In this document: positions 14,403 to 24,525 of the stretch, piece after piece
Layout of the letters: every line of letters starts with the position of its first letter
Position numbering within the stretch: position 1 is the first letter of the stretch
NCBI GenBank assembly: GCA_900234795.1
Contig: LT962688.1
Coordinates: forward strand, 5,670,001-5,702,000
DNA: 32,000 nt
Source: Methylorubrum extorquens
GTDB lineage: Bacteria; Pseudomonadota; Alphaproteobacteria; Rhizobiales; Beijerinckiaceae
Reading direction: 5' to 3'
Notes under the pieces: generated by a model
Databases searched by the model: none
The model's input: only the letters and a program-made list of their open reading frames with translations
What the model was told of the DNA's origin: nothing
Position numbers and translations under genes: made by a program

Positions 14403-15935
14403 CTATCCGGCGGCCTCCGCCAGCCGCTTGCGTTGAACCTTGCCGTTGGCGGTGCGGGGCAGCGCCTCGACGAAGCGGACCGCGCGCGGTGCCTTGTAGG
14501 CCGCCAGACGTTCGCCGCACCACGCCATCAGTCCCTCCGCGTCGGGCTCGGCGCCGGGGCGCAGAACCACGAAGGCGGCGATGACCCGGAGGTCCATGCG
14601 TACGGAAAGCTCCGTCACGCCGACCTCGGCGATGTCGGGATGGCCCGCCAGCACGCCTTCCACCTCAACGGGCGAGACGCGGTAGCCCATGGCGTTCATC
14701 AGGTCGTCGTTGCGGCCGTGGAACCAGAGATAGCCGTCCGCATCAAAGCTCACGAGGTCGCCGCCGGCGAACCATTCACCCCGCATCACCGCCGCCTCTT
14801 CCTCCGGCCGCTGCCAATAGCCGAGCATCAGGCCGGGATCGGAGCGGTGGATCGCCAGCAGGCCGGTCTCGCCCGGCGGCAGCGGTTCGGGCGGTCCGTC
14901 AGTGGGCAGGATCCCGACGCGGCGCCCCGGTTGCGGCCGGCCGGGCGAGCCGGGACGAACGGGGATGGTCGGGCCGCTCGACACATAGGTCGAGATCTCG
15001 CTCATGCCGAGCGCTTCGTAGAGCGGCTTACCCGTGGCCCTCGTCCAGGCGTCGAGAAGGTCGGCCGACAGAGCCTCGCCCGCGGTGACGCCGTGGCGCA
15101 GGCAGGAGAGATCATGCTCGGAGAGGTCGGCGTATTTCAGGATCTGGCGGTAGACGCTCGGCACCGCTGCGAAGATCGTCGCGCCCTGCTCGGCGATCAG
15201 GCGGGGCCAGATCCCGCGGTCGCGCGGGCCGTTATAGAGCACCGTCGTGGCGCCGCAGGCCCAGGGGTCGGTGATGCCGACGCCGAGGGTGTAGGTCCAG
15301 TTCATGGTGCCGGCATGCAGCATCACGTCGGATTCGGTGAGGCCGAGCCAGTGCGCGTGCATCGGCCGGCGGCCCCAGATGGCGCGGTGGGCGTGGAGCA
15401 CGCCTTTCGGACGGCTCGTGGTGCCGGAGGTGTAGACGAGGGTGGCCGGACCGTCGGCGGCGGTGTCGGCGTAGTCGGCGAGCGGCTCGCCCGCCTTCAT
15501 CACCGCGATTGTTTCGGAGTCGAGGTGGATGCAGCCGGCATCTCCGCTGGAATCCGAAAAGCCTTGACCGGTCACCACGGCGGCGACGCCGGCATTCTCC
15601 ATCAGGAAGCTGGCTTCATCGGCCGTCAGTTGCGGCGAGGAGGGGAGGGCGACGAGCCCCGCGGCGAGGGCACCGAAATAGATCAGCACGTAGTCGGCTT
15701 CGTTGCCCATGCGGATCATCACCCGGTCGCCGGCCTTCAGCCCGAGGCCGAGCAGCCCGGCCGCGATGCCGCGCACCGCCCGGTCGGCTTGCGCATAGGT
15801 GAGGCGGCTGACCGTGCCGCCGTCGCCCACCATGACGAGCGCTGTCTTGTCGCCGCGCAGGCGGGCATTCTCCGCGAGGCAATAGCGGGCCGCGTTGAAG
15901 CGGGGCGGCAGCTGGCGGTCGTCGGTGGTCGGCAC
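14403..15935 (-). CDS. AMP-dependent synthetase/ligase (acyl- or aryl-CoA ligase family)
   Basis: AMP-binding motif LVYTSGTTSRPKGVLHAH, and a C-terminal PRTANGKVQRKRL motif. Substrate unknown. Confidence 0.85.
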   Translation of the reverse strand: MPTTDDRQLPPRFNAARYCLAENARLRGDKTALVMVGDGGTVSRLTYAQADRAVRGIAAGLLGLGLKAGDRVMIRMGNEADYVLIYFGALAAGLVALPSSPQLTADEASFLMENAGVAAVVTGQGFSDSSGDAGCIHLDSETIAVMKAGEPLADYADTAADGPATLVYTSGTTSRPKGVLHAHRAIWGRRPMHAHWLGLTESDVMLHAGTMNWTYTLGVGITDPWACGATTVLYNGPRDRGIWPRLIAEQGATIFAAVPSVYRQILKYADLSEHDLSCLRHGVTAGEALSADLLDAWTRATGKPLYEALGMSEISTYVSSGPTIPVRPGSPGRPQPGRRVGILPTDGPPEPLPPGETGLLAIHRSDPGLMLGYWQRPEEEAAVMRGEWFAGGDLVSFDADGYLWFHGRNDDLMNAMGYRVSPVEVEGVLAGHPDIAEVGVTELSVRMDLRVIAAFVVLRPGAEPDAEGLMAWCGERLAAYKAPRAVRFVEALPRTANGKVQRKRLAEAAG

Positions 15936-16045
15936 GGCGGGCGTTTCCCGTTATCTCGGCGTTTGCCCCGGTGTCCGATCCTGATCTCGCACGGTCAAGC
16001 GGTGCCTCGACCGTGGAACGCTGCGCGGAGCGCGCCCGCAGCCGG

Positions 16046-16549
16046 CTATACGCGTCGCGGCTGAATTGCGCCGGAGAGGCCGGCGCTCGCCCCGTCCCTG
16101 AGTTCAAGCCAGAGGAAGCGCGCGGGATCGACCGGGCCCGGCAGGGTCAGCCGGCCCGCGGGCACGGGCACAAAGCCGAAGCGGCGGTAATAGGGCGCGT
16201 CGCCGACGAGGACGACGAGGCCGTGCCCGGCGGCGCGGGCGGCATCAAGGCTAGCCTGCATCAGGCTGGTGCCGATGCCGCGATCGGAAAAGCTCGGATC
16301 GACGGTGAGCGGCCCGAGCACGAGGAGCGATCCGCCCTGCGCCTCGGCCGGGCCGATCCGCACCGAGCCGACGAGATAGGTGCCGACCAGCGCCGTCAGG
16401 CAGAGATCGGGCAGGGGCGCGACGCCCTCGCGCAGGCGGTAGGCGGTGCGGGCGAAGCGGCCGGGGCCGAAGGCGCGGGCGTGCAGCCGCTCGATCGCCG
16501 CGGCGTCGTCCGGATGCTCGGGTCGGATGACGAGGGGGAGGGCGGTCAC
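16046..16549 (-). CDS. GNAT family N-acetyltransferase (YhbS-like)
   Basis: IRPEHPDDAAAIERLHARAFGPGRF ... LGPLTVDPSFSDRGIGTSLMQASLDAARAAGHGLVVLVGDAPYYRRFGF is a typical GNAT acetyl-CoA-binding core. Confidence 0.8.
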   Translation of the reverse strand: MTALPLVIRPEHPDDAAAIERLHARAFGPGRFARTAYRLREGVAPLPDLCLTALVGTYLVGSVRIGPAEAQGGSLLVLGPLTVDPSFSDRGIGTSLMQASLDAARAAGHGLVVLVGDAPYYRRFGFVPVPAGRLTLPGPVDPARFLWLELRDGASAGLSGAIQPRRV

Positions 16550-16617
16550 GGGCGGCGTCCGGCGGCGAATGCGCGCCGATAGCAGCCGGCTGCGCAGTCG
16601 GCAAACAGAGGCGCGCG

Positions 16618-17715
16618 TCAGGCGCCGCGCGCCGAGAAATCGATGCGTGGATCAATCCATGTGTAGGTGAGGTCGGAGAGGAGATTCACGGCCAGACCAA
16701 GCAGGGAGAAGATGTAGAGCGTGGCGAACACCACCGGATAGTCGCGGCCGACGATGGAGCTGAACGACAGAAGCCCGAACCCGTCGAGCGAGAAGATCGT
16801 TTCGATCAGCAGCGAGCCGGTGAAGAAGGCCGTGATGAAGGCGCCGGGAAAGCCGGCGATCACGATCAGCATCGCATTGCGGAAGACGTGGCCGTAGAGG
16901 ACGCGCCGCTCGCTCACGCCCTTCATGCGGGCGGTGACCACGTATTGCTTGCGGATCTCGTCGAGGAACGAGTTCTTGGTCAGCAGCGTCGAGGTGGCGA
17001 AGGCGCCGAGCACCAGGGCGGAGAGCGGCAGCACGAGGTGCCACGCATAGTCCAGGGCTTTGCCCCAGAGGCTCAGGGACTCGAAATTCTCGGAAGTGAG
17101 GCCGCGCAGCGGGAAGATCTGGAGGAAGGAGCCGCCCGCGAACAGGATCACGAGGAGGATGCCGAATAGGAAGCTCGGGATCGCGTAGCCTACGATGACG
17201 ACTGCCGAGGTCCAGACGTCGAAGCGCGAGCCGTCGGCCACCGCCTTGCGGATGCCGAGGGGGATCGAGATCGCGTAGGAGATCAGCGTCATCCACAGGC
17301 CGAGCGAGATCGAGACCGGGAGCTTCTCCTTGATCAGATCCAGCACCGAAACGTCGCGAAAATAGCTGCGGCCGAAATCGAAGCGGAGGTAGTCCCACAG
17401 CATCTTGCCGAAGCGCTCATAGGCGGGCTTGTCGAAGCCGAACTGGGCTTCGAGCTTCTTGATGAAGGCGGGGTCGAGCCCCTGCGCGCCGCGGTACTTC
17501 GAAGCCTCACCGCCGCCGCGGGCCGCCCCGCCGCCGAGATCGCCCTGGCCGCCGGTGATACGCGAGAGAGAGCCTTCCTGCTGGCCCTGGAGCTGGGCCA
17601 GAACCCGCTCCACCGGGCCGCCGGGGGCGAACTGAATGATGGCGAAGGTGATGAGCATGATCCCGAAGATCGTCGGGATCATCAGCGCGATGCGGCGCAG
17701 GATGTAGGCGAGCAT
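16618..17715 (-). CDS. yejB: Microcin C/peptide ABC transporter permease YejB
   Basis: It appears collinear over most of its length with my recollection of E. coli YejB: [86 protein letters not shown]. Confidence 0.9.
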   Translation of the reverse strand: MLAYILRRIALMIPTIFGIMLITFAIIQFAPGGPVERVLAQLQGQQEGSLSRITGGQGDLGGGAARGGGEASKYRGAQGLDPAFIKKLEAQFGFDKPAYERFGKMLWDYLRFDFGRSYFRDVSVLDLIKEKLPVSISLGLWMTLISYAISIPLGIRKAVADGSRFDVWTSAVVIVGYAIPSFLFGILLVILFAGGSFLQIFPLRGLTSENFESLSLWGKALDYAWHLVLPLSALVLGAFATSTLLTKNSFLDEIRKQYVVTARMKGVSERRVLYGHVFRNAMLIVIAGFPGAFITAFFTGSLLIETIFSLDGFGLLSFSSIVGRDYPVVFATLYIFSLLGLAVNLLSDLTYTWIDPRIDFSARGA

Positions 17716-17724
17716 GGAAGATCC

Positions 17725-19587
17725 TCAGCCCCGGCCGATCCGGCGCGCCGTGGCCTCGTCGTACCACCACAGGCCCGGCACGCCGAGCCCGTAGGTCGGC
17801 AGCTTCGCCGGGCGGCCATACATGTCCCACAGGGCGAGGCGGTACTCAGGCGAGTACCACATCGGGATCCAGTAGCGGCCGGCCCGCATCACCCGGTCGA
17901 GGGCGCGGCAGGCCACGGTGAGGCTCGCGCGCGAATCCGCGTTGGCGACGCGGTCGAGCAGCGCGTCGATCACCGGATCCGTGATGCCGGCGAGGTTGTT
18001 GGAGCCGGGGATCGCCGCCGCGCGCGAGCCATAAGCCTCACGCAGCTCCGGCCCCGGCGTCGCGTCGCCCGAGGCCGCGCGGGAGGTGATGTCGAAGTCG
18101 AAGTCGCGCACCCGTGCCTGATACTGTGCGGCATCGACCGCCCGCTGGCGCGCCTTGATGCCGATCAGCCCGAGATTGCGGATGAAGGGCTGGACGATCG
18201 GCTCCCAGACGGAATCCGAATCGAGGAATTCGAACTCGATCGGCTTGCCGTTCGGCAGCCGCAAGGCGCCACCCTCGCGGGTGCAGCCCGCCTCCTTGAG
18301 CAGAGCCACCGCGCGGGCGAGCAGCGCCCGGTCCTGGCCCGAACCGTCCGGAACCGGCGGCGTCCAGGCCTCGCCAAAGACCTCGGCCGGCACCTGCCCG
18401 CTGAAGGGTTCGAGCAGGGCCAGCTCCTCCGCGGAGGGCTTGCCCGTCGCCATCAGGTCGGTCTTCTGGAAGAACGAGACGGTGCGCTCGTAGGAGCCGA
18501 ACATCGCCGTGCGGTTGGTCCAGGGGAAGTCAAAGCACAGGCCGATCGCCTCGCGCACGCGCGGATCCTTGAACACCTCGCGGCGGGTGTTGAAGAACCA
18601 GCCCTGGATGGCGGCGGGCGAGGTATCGGGCAGGGTCTCGCGCTTGACGCGGCCCTCGCGTGCGGCGGGAAAATCGTAGCCCGTCGCCCAGATCCGCGAG
18701 GTGAATTCCTGGCGGTAGGTGTAGGCGCCGCCCTTGAACGCTTCGAAGGCGACCTGCCGGTCGCGAAAATACTCGTAGCGGAGCTGGTCGAAGTTGTTCT
18801 GCCCGACCATCACCGGAAGATCCGCGGCCCAGTAATCGGTCACGCGCTCCAGTTCGATGAAGCGGCCGATATCGATCCGTCCGACCTGATAGGGGCCGGA
18901 GCCGAGCAGCGGCTTGAGAGTCTGGGCCTCGAAGTCGCGGCCCTCGAAGAACTTGGCCGAGAAGATCGGCAGTCCGGCGACGATCAGCGGCAGGTCGCGG
19001 CTGCGGCCGGGGGCGAAGCGGACGACCAGGGTCTCGTCGCCCTCCGCCGTCGCCTTGGCGACGTCGCGGATCACCTGCGCGATCGTCGGGTGCCCCTTCT
19101 CCTTGAGGATGGTGAGGGAGAAGGCCGCGTCCCGCGCGGTCAGGGGCGAGCCGTCGTGGAAATGCGCTTGGGGACGCAGGGCGAAGCGATAGGTCAGGCC
19201 GTCGGGGCTAATCTCGACCGAGCGGGCGACGAGGCCGTAGAGCGCGTCCGGCTCGTCGAGGGCGCGCACCATCAGGCTGTCGAAGGTGAGATTGATCCCG
19301 GCCGCGCCGTTGCCGCGGAAGACGTAGGGATTGAGCGTGTCGAAGGTGTCGAACGCCTGATTCCCGAAGGTCTGGACCAGAGTTGTGGAGAAGCGCCCGC
19401 CGCGCGGCGCCATCGGGTTCACGTAGTCGAAATTCGGGAAGTCGGGCGCGTATTTCAGCTCGCCGAAACTTGAAAGGCCGTGAGCCTTGCGGACATCCTC
19501 GGCGCGGGCCGAGCGGGGCAGGGCGCCCGCGAGCGCCAGCACCCCCGTGCCGAGGACGACGCTTCGGCGGGTCGCGCCCGCGCTCAT
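17725..19587 (-). CDS. yejA: Family 5 extracellular solute-binding protein, YejA-like (copy 2)
   Basis: Signal peptide MSAGATRRSVVLGTGVLALAGALPRSARA. It is a paralogue of the upstream gene (KYAPDFPNFDYVNPMAPRGG versus KYGPDFQHFDYADPKAPVGG). The ATG at 19587 overlaps the upstream stop by 4 bp (ATGA). The ORF-track start at 19725 is probably too long. Confidence 0.85.
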   Translation of the reverse strand: MSAGATRRSVVLGTGVLALAGALPRSARAEDVRKAHGLSSFGELKYAPDFPNFDYVNPMAPRGGRFSTTLVQTFGNQAFDTFDTLNPYVFRGNGAAGINLTFDSLMVRALDEPDALYGLVARSVEISPDGLTYRFALRPQAHFHDGSPLTARDAAFSLTILKEKGHPTIAQVIRDVAKATAEGDETLVVRFAPGRSRDLPLIVAGLPIFSAKFFEGRDFEAQTLKPLLGSGPYQVGRIDIGRFIELERVTDYWAADLPVMVGQNNFDQLRYEYFRDRQVAFEAFKGGAYTYRQEFTSRIWATGYDFPAAREGRVKRETLPDTSPAAIQGWFFNTRREVFKDPRVREAIGLCFDFPWTNRTAMFGSYERTVSFFQKTDLMATGKPSAEELALLEPFSGQVPAEVFGEAWTPPVPDGSGQDRALLARAVALLKEAGCTREGGALRLPNGKPIEFEFLDSDSVWEPIVQPFIRNLGLIGIKARQRAVDAAQYQARVRDFDFDITSRAASGDATPGPELREAYGSRAAAIPGSNNLAGITDPVIDALLDRVANADSRASLTVACRALDRVMRAGRYWIPMWYSPEYRLALWDMYGRPAKLPTYGLGVPGLWWYDEATARRIGRG

Positions 19588-21497
19588 CGCGGGGCCCCCG
19601 TCTTGGCGGCGAGCGCCTCGTCGTACCACCACGTCGTCGGGAAGCCGGAAGAGCCGTATTTCGGCAGCACCACAGGGCGGCCGAAGCGGTTCCAACGCAG
19701 CGTCCGCGTCGCGGCCGAGGACCATTGCGGCACCACGAAGTTGTGGGCAAGGAGCGCGCGGTCGAGGGCGTGCGTGGCGGCGACCAGCGTCTCGCGGTCC
19801 TGCGCGAAGATCACCTTCTCGATCAGCGCGTCGATTCCTGCATCCTTGATCCCGGCGATGTTGCGCGAGCCCGGCTTGTCGGCGGCGGCCGAGCCCCAGA
19901 ATTCGCGCTGCTCGTTGCCGGGCGAGAGCGATTCCGGCCAGTTCGAGGTGGTGATGTCGAAGTCGAAGCTGCGCAGGCGATTCTGGTACTGCGCCTGATC
20001 GATCACCCGGATCGAGGACTCGATGCCGATGAGCTTGAGCTGCGCGGCGTAGGGCAGGATCACCCGCTCGAACACGTTCTGAAATTCGAGGAACTCGACG
20101 GTCAGCGGCTCGCCGGTCGCCTTGGCGACCATCTTGCCGCCCTTCAGCTCGTAGCCGGCCTCGCGCAGCAGGCCGACCGCCTTGCGCAGGTTGGCCCGCG
20201 CAGCCTCGGGCGTGTCGTTGACGGGGTTGGTGTAAGTCTCGGTGAAGACGCTGCCCGGCAGCTTGTCCTTCACGCTCTCCAGGATCACCTTCTCCATCCC
20301 GTCGGGCAGGCCCGATGAGGCGAGGTCCGAGCCGTAGAAATAGGAATCGATCCGGCTGTACAGGCCGTAGAAGAGCTGCCGGTTCATCTCCTCGAAGTTC
20401 AGAGCGAGGTTGAAGGCGCGGCGCACGCGCTCGTCCTTGAACTTGTCCCGGCGCAGGTTGAACACGAAGGCCTGCATGATGCCAGTGCCGCGGCCGGGGA
20501 ATTCCTCCTTGATGAGGCGCCCTTCCTTTACCGCCGGGAAGTCGTCGTAGGCGGTCGCCCAGTTGCGGGCGATGTTCTCAGTGCGGAAGTCGTAGAGGTC
20601 GCCCTTCAGCGCCTCCAGCAGCACGGAGCCATCGCGGAAATACTCGAAGCGGACCGTGCCGAAATTGTTGCGGCCGCGGTTCACCGGTAGATCCTTGCCC
20701 CAGTAATCGGCCACGCGCTCGTAGACGGCCGAGCGGCCGGCATCGACTTTGGTCAAACGATACGGGCCGGAGCCGAGCGGGATCTCAAGGGTCGTCTCGG
20801 TGGCGCTGCGCGGCTTGCCGTTCTTGTCGGTGCCGGTCCACCAGTGCTTGGGCAGCACCTGCATCTGGCCCAGCACCTGCGGCAGTTCGCGGTTGCCGGC
20901 CTCGCTGAAGCGGAAGACGACCTCGCGCTCGGCCCCCGGCTCGGCCTTGGCCACGGTGTGGTAGTAGGCAGCATAGAACGGGTTGTTGGCCTTCAGCGTG
21001 TCGAAGGACCAGATCACGTCCTCGACGGTGACCGGCTTGCCGTCGTGCCAGCGCGCGTTCGGGCGCAGGCGATAGGTCACCGACTGGCCGTCCTCGGCGA
21101 TCCGCACGGCCTCGGCGAGGAGGCCGTAGGAGGAGAACGGCTCGTCGCCGGAATCCTCCATCAGCGTGTCGTAGATCTGGGTGATCCCGCCTTCGAGATC
21201 GCCCTTCAGGCCGTTGACGATAAAGTTGAGGTTGTCGAAGCCGCCCTGCGACCCGAGCCGCACCAGGCCGCCGACCGGCGCCTTCGGGTCGGCATAGTCG
21301 AAATGCTGGAAGTCCGGGCCGTATTTCGGCTCGCCGAGCAGGGTCAGCGCATGGCGCCAATTGCCGGGTGCCTCCTGCGCCGAGACCTTCGAGGCGGATT
21401 CGGCGGGCTCCTGAGCGGAGACGGGGCCTCGCAGTCCCAGGAGGACGAGTGCTCCGGCAAGGAAGCTGCGGCGGGCAATTACGGCGTTTTCCGTCAC
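19584..21497 (-). CDS. yejA: Family 5 extracellular solute-binding protein, YejA-like (copy 1)
   Basis: 637 aa, GTG start, signal-like IARRSFLAGALVLLGLRGPVSA. The SBP_bac_5-type sequence holds throughout. Confidence 0.85.
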   Translation of the reverse strand: MTENAVIARRSFLAGALVLLGLRGPVSAQEPAESASKVSAQEAPGNWRHALTLLGEPKYGPDFQHFDYADPKAPVGGLVRLGSQGGFDNLNFIVNGLKGDLEGGITQIYDTLMEDSGDEPFSSYGLLAEAVRIAEDGQSVTYRLRPNARWHDGKPVTVEDVIWSFDTLKANNPFYAAYYHTVAKAEPGAEREVVFRFSEAGNRELPQVLGQMQVLPKHWWTGTDKNGKPRSATETTLEIPLGSGPYRLTKVDAGRSAVYERVADYWGKDLPVNRGRNNFGTVRFEYFRDGSVLLEALKGDLYDFRTENIARNWATAYDDFPAVKEGRLIKEEFPGRGTGIMQAFVFNLRRDKFKDERVRRAFNLALNFEEMNRQLFYGLYSRIDSYFYGSDLASSGLPDGMEKVILESVKDKLPGSVFTETYTNPVNDTPEAARANLRKAVGLLREAGYELKGGKMVAKATGEPLTVEFLEFQNVFERVILPYAAQLKLIGIESSIRVIDQAQYQNRLRSFDFDITTSNWPESLSPGNEQREFWGSAAADKPGSRNIAGIKDAGIDALIEKVIFAQDRETLVAATHALDRALLAHNFVVPQWSSAATRTLRWNRFGRPVVLPKYGSSGFPTTWWYDEALAAKTGAPR

Positions 21498-21613
21498 GTT
21501 GGCGCGGTCTCCCGATCCCGTGAGAGGTCAGTCGGGCGTCGTTCTAGGACGAGCCCGGAGTTGGCGCCACCCGCCGCGAGCGCGCAGCCGGCGCAGCCAC
21601 GTGCCCGGACATG

Positions 21614-21641
21614 AAAAAGGCCGGGCTTCAGGGGCCCGGCC
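21614..21641 (-). terminator. Rho-independent terminator downstream of the cytochrome c gene
   Basis: Stem GGCCGGGC (21619-21626) / GCCCGGCC (21634-21641) with a 7-nt loop. On the minus strand it is followed by TTTTT (plus-strand AAAAA at 21614-21618). It lies 29 nt after the stop codon. Confidence 0.8.
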
Positions 21642-21669
21642 TTCTCGGAAACTCGTACGCCGGTCCGCC

Positions 21670-22587
21670 TTACGGCTTGGGCGCGTCGGGGTCGGGCTTG
21701 GCCGGCGGCTCGGTGGCCGGCGTGGACTCGGAGCCCGGATCCGCCTTGGTCGGGATGTCCCCCGAGGGCTTGGCCTCGGGCGCCTGCGTCGGGGCGACCT
21801 CGTTGCGCTGGGGCTGGACCTGCGGCGCTGGGACCGGGCGGGCGGTGTCCTTGCCGTCACCCGACTGTGTGTTGCCCTGCGGCGCGTTGGTCTCGGGCGT
21901 CTTGCCCTTGTCGCCCGTCGCGCTCTCCACCGGCTTGGTCCCGGCCGGCTTCTTCTCCTCGGCGGCCTTCTTGGCGTCGGGCTTGCCCTCGGCAGGCTTC
22001 TCGGCCTCGGCCTTCTTGTCGCCCGCCGGCGCCGTTTCAGCCTTCTTCTCGGCGGCCGGAAGCGGCTTCGGGCTGTCGGCGAGCGTGCGCAGATAGGCGA
22101 TGACGTTGGCGCGGTCCGTCGGCGAGCCGATACCGGCAAACGCCATCTTCGTGCCCTTCACGTAGCCCTTCGGGCTTTCGAGAAAGTGGTCGAGATCCTC
22201 GTAGGTCCAGGTGCCGCCCTTCTCCTTGAGCGCGGCGGAGTAATCGAAGCCGGCGGCATGCGCCTTCTCGCGCTCCACGATCTCCCAGAGATCGGGGCCG
22301 ACCTTGTTGGGGCCGCCCTTCTCGAAGCTGTGGCAGGCCTGGCAGGCCTTGGTGCCGCCCTTGCCCTTCTCGGCATCGGCGCTGGCGAGCCGCACGGCGA
22401 TGGGCTCGGCCTTCGGGGCTTCCGCCGCCGCGCCGCCGCTCTTCGCCTCCGGCTCGGGCAGGCGATAGCCGGCGTTTCCGGCGGGCTTGGGGTGATAGAT
22501 CAGCTCCGCCACGAAGCCCGACCCAACCGCGAACAGGAGGGCACCCAGGACCGCGCCCGCAACCTTGTTCAGCTCGAAGGAATCCAT
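21670..22587 (-). CDS. cycM: Membrane-anchored c-type cytochrome (CycM-like) with long Pro/Ala/Lys/Glu-rich C-terminal tail
   Basis: N-terminal anchor MDSFELNKVAGAVLGALLFAVGSGFVAELI. Haem-binding site CQACH. Met ligand region GTKMAFAGI. About 130 low-complexity residues follow the cytochrome fold. Confidence 0.85.
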   Translation of the reverse strand: MDSFELNKVAGAVLGALLFAVGSGFVAELIYHPKPAGNAGYRLPEPEAKSGGAAAEAPKAEPIAVRLASADAEKGKGGTKACQACHSFEKGGPNKVGPDLWEIVEREKAHAAGFDYSAALKEKGGTWTYEDLDHFLESPKGYVKGTKMAFAGIGSPTDRANVIAYLRTLADSPKPLPAAEKKAETAPAGDKKAEAEKPAEGKPDAKKAAEEKKPAGTKPVESATGDKGKTPETNAPQGNTQSGDGKDTARPVPAPQVQPQRNEVAPTQAPEAKPSGDIPTKADPGSESTPATEPPAKPDPDAPKP

Positions 22588-22894
22588 GCTCGACAGCTCC
22601 GGCGCGCGGGATCAGGACCCGGCGGATGAGGGCCCGACGGGCAGACGCCGGACTTTGGAGGATTTCAAGGGTGATTACCCGGTCGGGCCCGATCTTGACA
22701 ATGGGCCATGCGCGCTGCGCGCTGTCGCACACCGTTATTCGTCATACGCTTCGAGCGAGCGGGCATTTTCGTTGCAGCTCTGCCGCACTGTGAGGGCGGA
22801 ACGCCCGATCATGACAAGCCGCACCGTCGCTGCTAGAGCGCTCCCGCGTGCCTAAAACCCCTTCCGCTTGAGTTCGTCCGACCCGCCCGAGGCC

Positions 22895-23638
22895 ATGTCC
22901 GATCCCCTAATCCTGATTCCGGCCCGCCTCGCTGCGACCCGGCTGCCGTCGAAGCCGCTCGCCGACATCGCGGGCGTGCCGATGATCGTGCATGTCTGGC
23001 GCCGTGCCGTGGAGGCGGGCATCGGTCCCGTCGTGGTCGCCACCGACACCGACGCGGTCGCCGAGGTGATCGAGGCGCAGGGCGGGCTGGCGGTGATGAC
23101 CCGGCCCGACCACCCCTCCGGCTCCGACCGTCTCGCGGAAGCGCTGGAGATCGTCGATCCCGACGGCAATCACGACGTCGTCGTCAACGTCCAGGGTGAC
23201 CTGCCGACCATCGACCCGGCGATCATCGCCGCTTCGGTGATGCCGCTCGCCGACCCGCAGGTCGACATCGCCACCCTCTGCGCGGTGATCCACCGGCCCG
23301 AGGAGATGGACGATCCCAACGTGGTCAAGATCATCGGCTACACGGTGGGACCCAACCGTCTGCGCGCGCTCGCCTTCACCCGCGCCCGTGCCCCCTGGGG
23401 CGACGGGCCGCTGTTCCACCATATCGGCCTCTATGCCTATCGTCGGAAGGCGCTCGCGCGCTTCGTCGCCTTGCCGCAAGGCGAACTGGAGCAACGCGAG
23501 AAGCTGGAGCAGCTGCGCGCGCTGGAGGCCGGCATGCGCATCGACGCGATGATCGTCGAGGACCTGCCGCTCGGCGTCGATACCCCCGCCGACCTCGAGC
23601 GCGCCCGCACGCTGCTCGCCATCCGCCGCCTGAACTGA
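22895..23638 (+). CDS. kdsB: 3-deoxy-manno-octulosonate cytidylyltransferase
   Basis: [34 protein letters not shown] ... [12 protein letters not shown] ... VNVQGDLP are classic KdsB motifs. I prefer the ATG at 22895 over the TTG at 22868. Confidence 0.9.
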   Translation: MSDPLILIPARLAATRLPSKPLADIAGVPMIVHVWRRAVEAGIGPVVVATDTDAVAEVIEAQGGLAVMTRPDHPSGSDRLAEALEIVDPDGNHDVVVNVQGDLPTIDPAIIAASVMPLADPQVDIATLCAVIHRPEEMDDPNVVKIIGYTVGPNRLRALAFTRARAPWGDGPLFHHIGLYAYRRKALARFVALPQGELEQREKLEQLRALEAGMRIDAMIVEDLPLGVDTPADLERARTLLAIRRLN

Positions 23639-23654
23639 GCCTGCCGAAGCACCG

Positions 23655-24512
23655 ATGACCGACCGCACCATTGCCTACCAGGGTGAGCCCGGGGCCAACT
23701 CGCACATCATCTGCTCGCAGGCCTATCCCGGCTGGACCGCTCTGCCCTGCGCCACCTTCGAGGACGCCTTCGCCGCGGTGAATGAGGGCAAGGCGAACCT
23801 CGCGATGATCCCGATCGAGAACTCGATCGCCGGCCGGGTCGCCGACATCCACCACCTGATCCCGACGTCGCGGCTGCACATCATCGCCGAGCACTTCCTG
23901 CCGATCCACTTCCAGCTCATGGGCCTACCGGGCGTGGGCACGGAGCAGCTGACGAGCGTGCACAGCCACATCCACGCGCTCGGCCAGTGCCGCCGGATCA
24001 TCCGGCGGCTCGGCCTCAAGGCGGTGGTGGCCGGCGACACGGCCGGCGCCGCCCGCGAGGTGGCCGAGGCGCGCGACCCCAGCCGCGCCGCGCTCGCCCC
24101 GGCCATGGCGGCCGAGGTTTACGGCCTCGACATTCTGGAGCGCGACGTCGAGGACGAGGCGCACAACACTACGCGCTTCGTCGTGTTCTCGCCGGAGCCC
24201 GCCGAGTGCGAGCCGGGCAACGACTCGACGGTGACAAGCTTCATCTTCCGGGTCCGCAACATCCCGGCGGCGCTCTACAAGGCGCTCGGCGGGTTCGCGA
24301 CCAACGGCGTCAACATGTCGAAGCTCGAGAGCTACATGGTCGAGGGCCAGTTCACCGCGACCCAGTTCTACGCCGAGGTCGATGGCCACCCCGAGGATGA
24401 CGGCCTGCGCCGGGCCCTCGAAGAGTTGCGCTACTTCTCGAAGGAGCTGCGCATCATCGGCACCTATCCGGCCCACCCGTTCCGCGAGACGACGCGGCAG
24501 GCGGCGGAATAG
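23655..24512 (+). CDS. pheA: Prephenate dehydratase
   Basis: IAYQGEPGANSH is the PDT N-terminus. The TRF motif is in HNTTRFVVF. The C-terminal ACT domain reads TSFIFRVRNIPAALYKALGGFATNGVNMSKLESY. Confidence 0.9.
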   Translation: MTDRTIAYQGEPGANSHIICSQAYPGWTALPCATFEDAFAAVNEGKANLAMIPIENSIAGRVADIHHLIPTSRLHIIAEHFLPIHFQLMGLPGVGTEQLTSVHSHIHALGQCRRIIRRLGLKAVVAGDTAGAAREVAEARDPSRAALAPAMAAEVYGLDILERDVEDEAHNTTRFVVFSPEPAECEPGNDSTVTSFIFRVRNIPAALYKALGGFATNGVNMSKLESYMVEGQFTATQFYAEVDGHPEDDGLRRALEELRYFSKELRIIGTYPAHPFRETTRQAAE

Positions 24513-24525
24513 CCAAGGCGCATAC

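Noticed and set aside
14022-16064. 680-aa plus-strand ORF, with neighbours 13486..14523 and 15616..16107, overlapping the GT2 and AMP-ligase genes
   Set aside because: These are antisense or out-of-frame shadow ORFs, typical of DNA at 70% GC or higher. The translations are Arg/Gly/Ala/Pro-rich with no motifs, whereas the opposite-strand genes carry clear family signatures.
19383-22732. Multiple long ORFs (for example 19383..20318, 20844..21614, 21499..22629, 21528..22139, 22037..22732) overlapping the yejA and cytochrome c genes
   Set aside because: These are shadow ORFs. Those over the cytochrome tail merely mirror its repetitive Pro/Ala/Lys-coding DNA.
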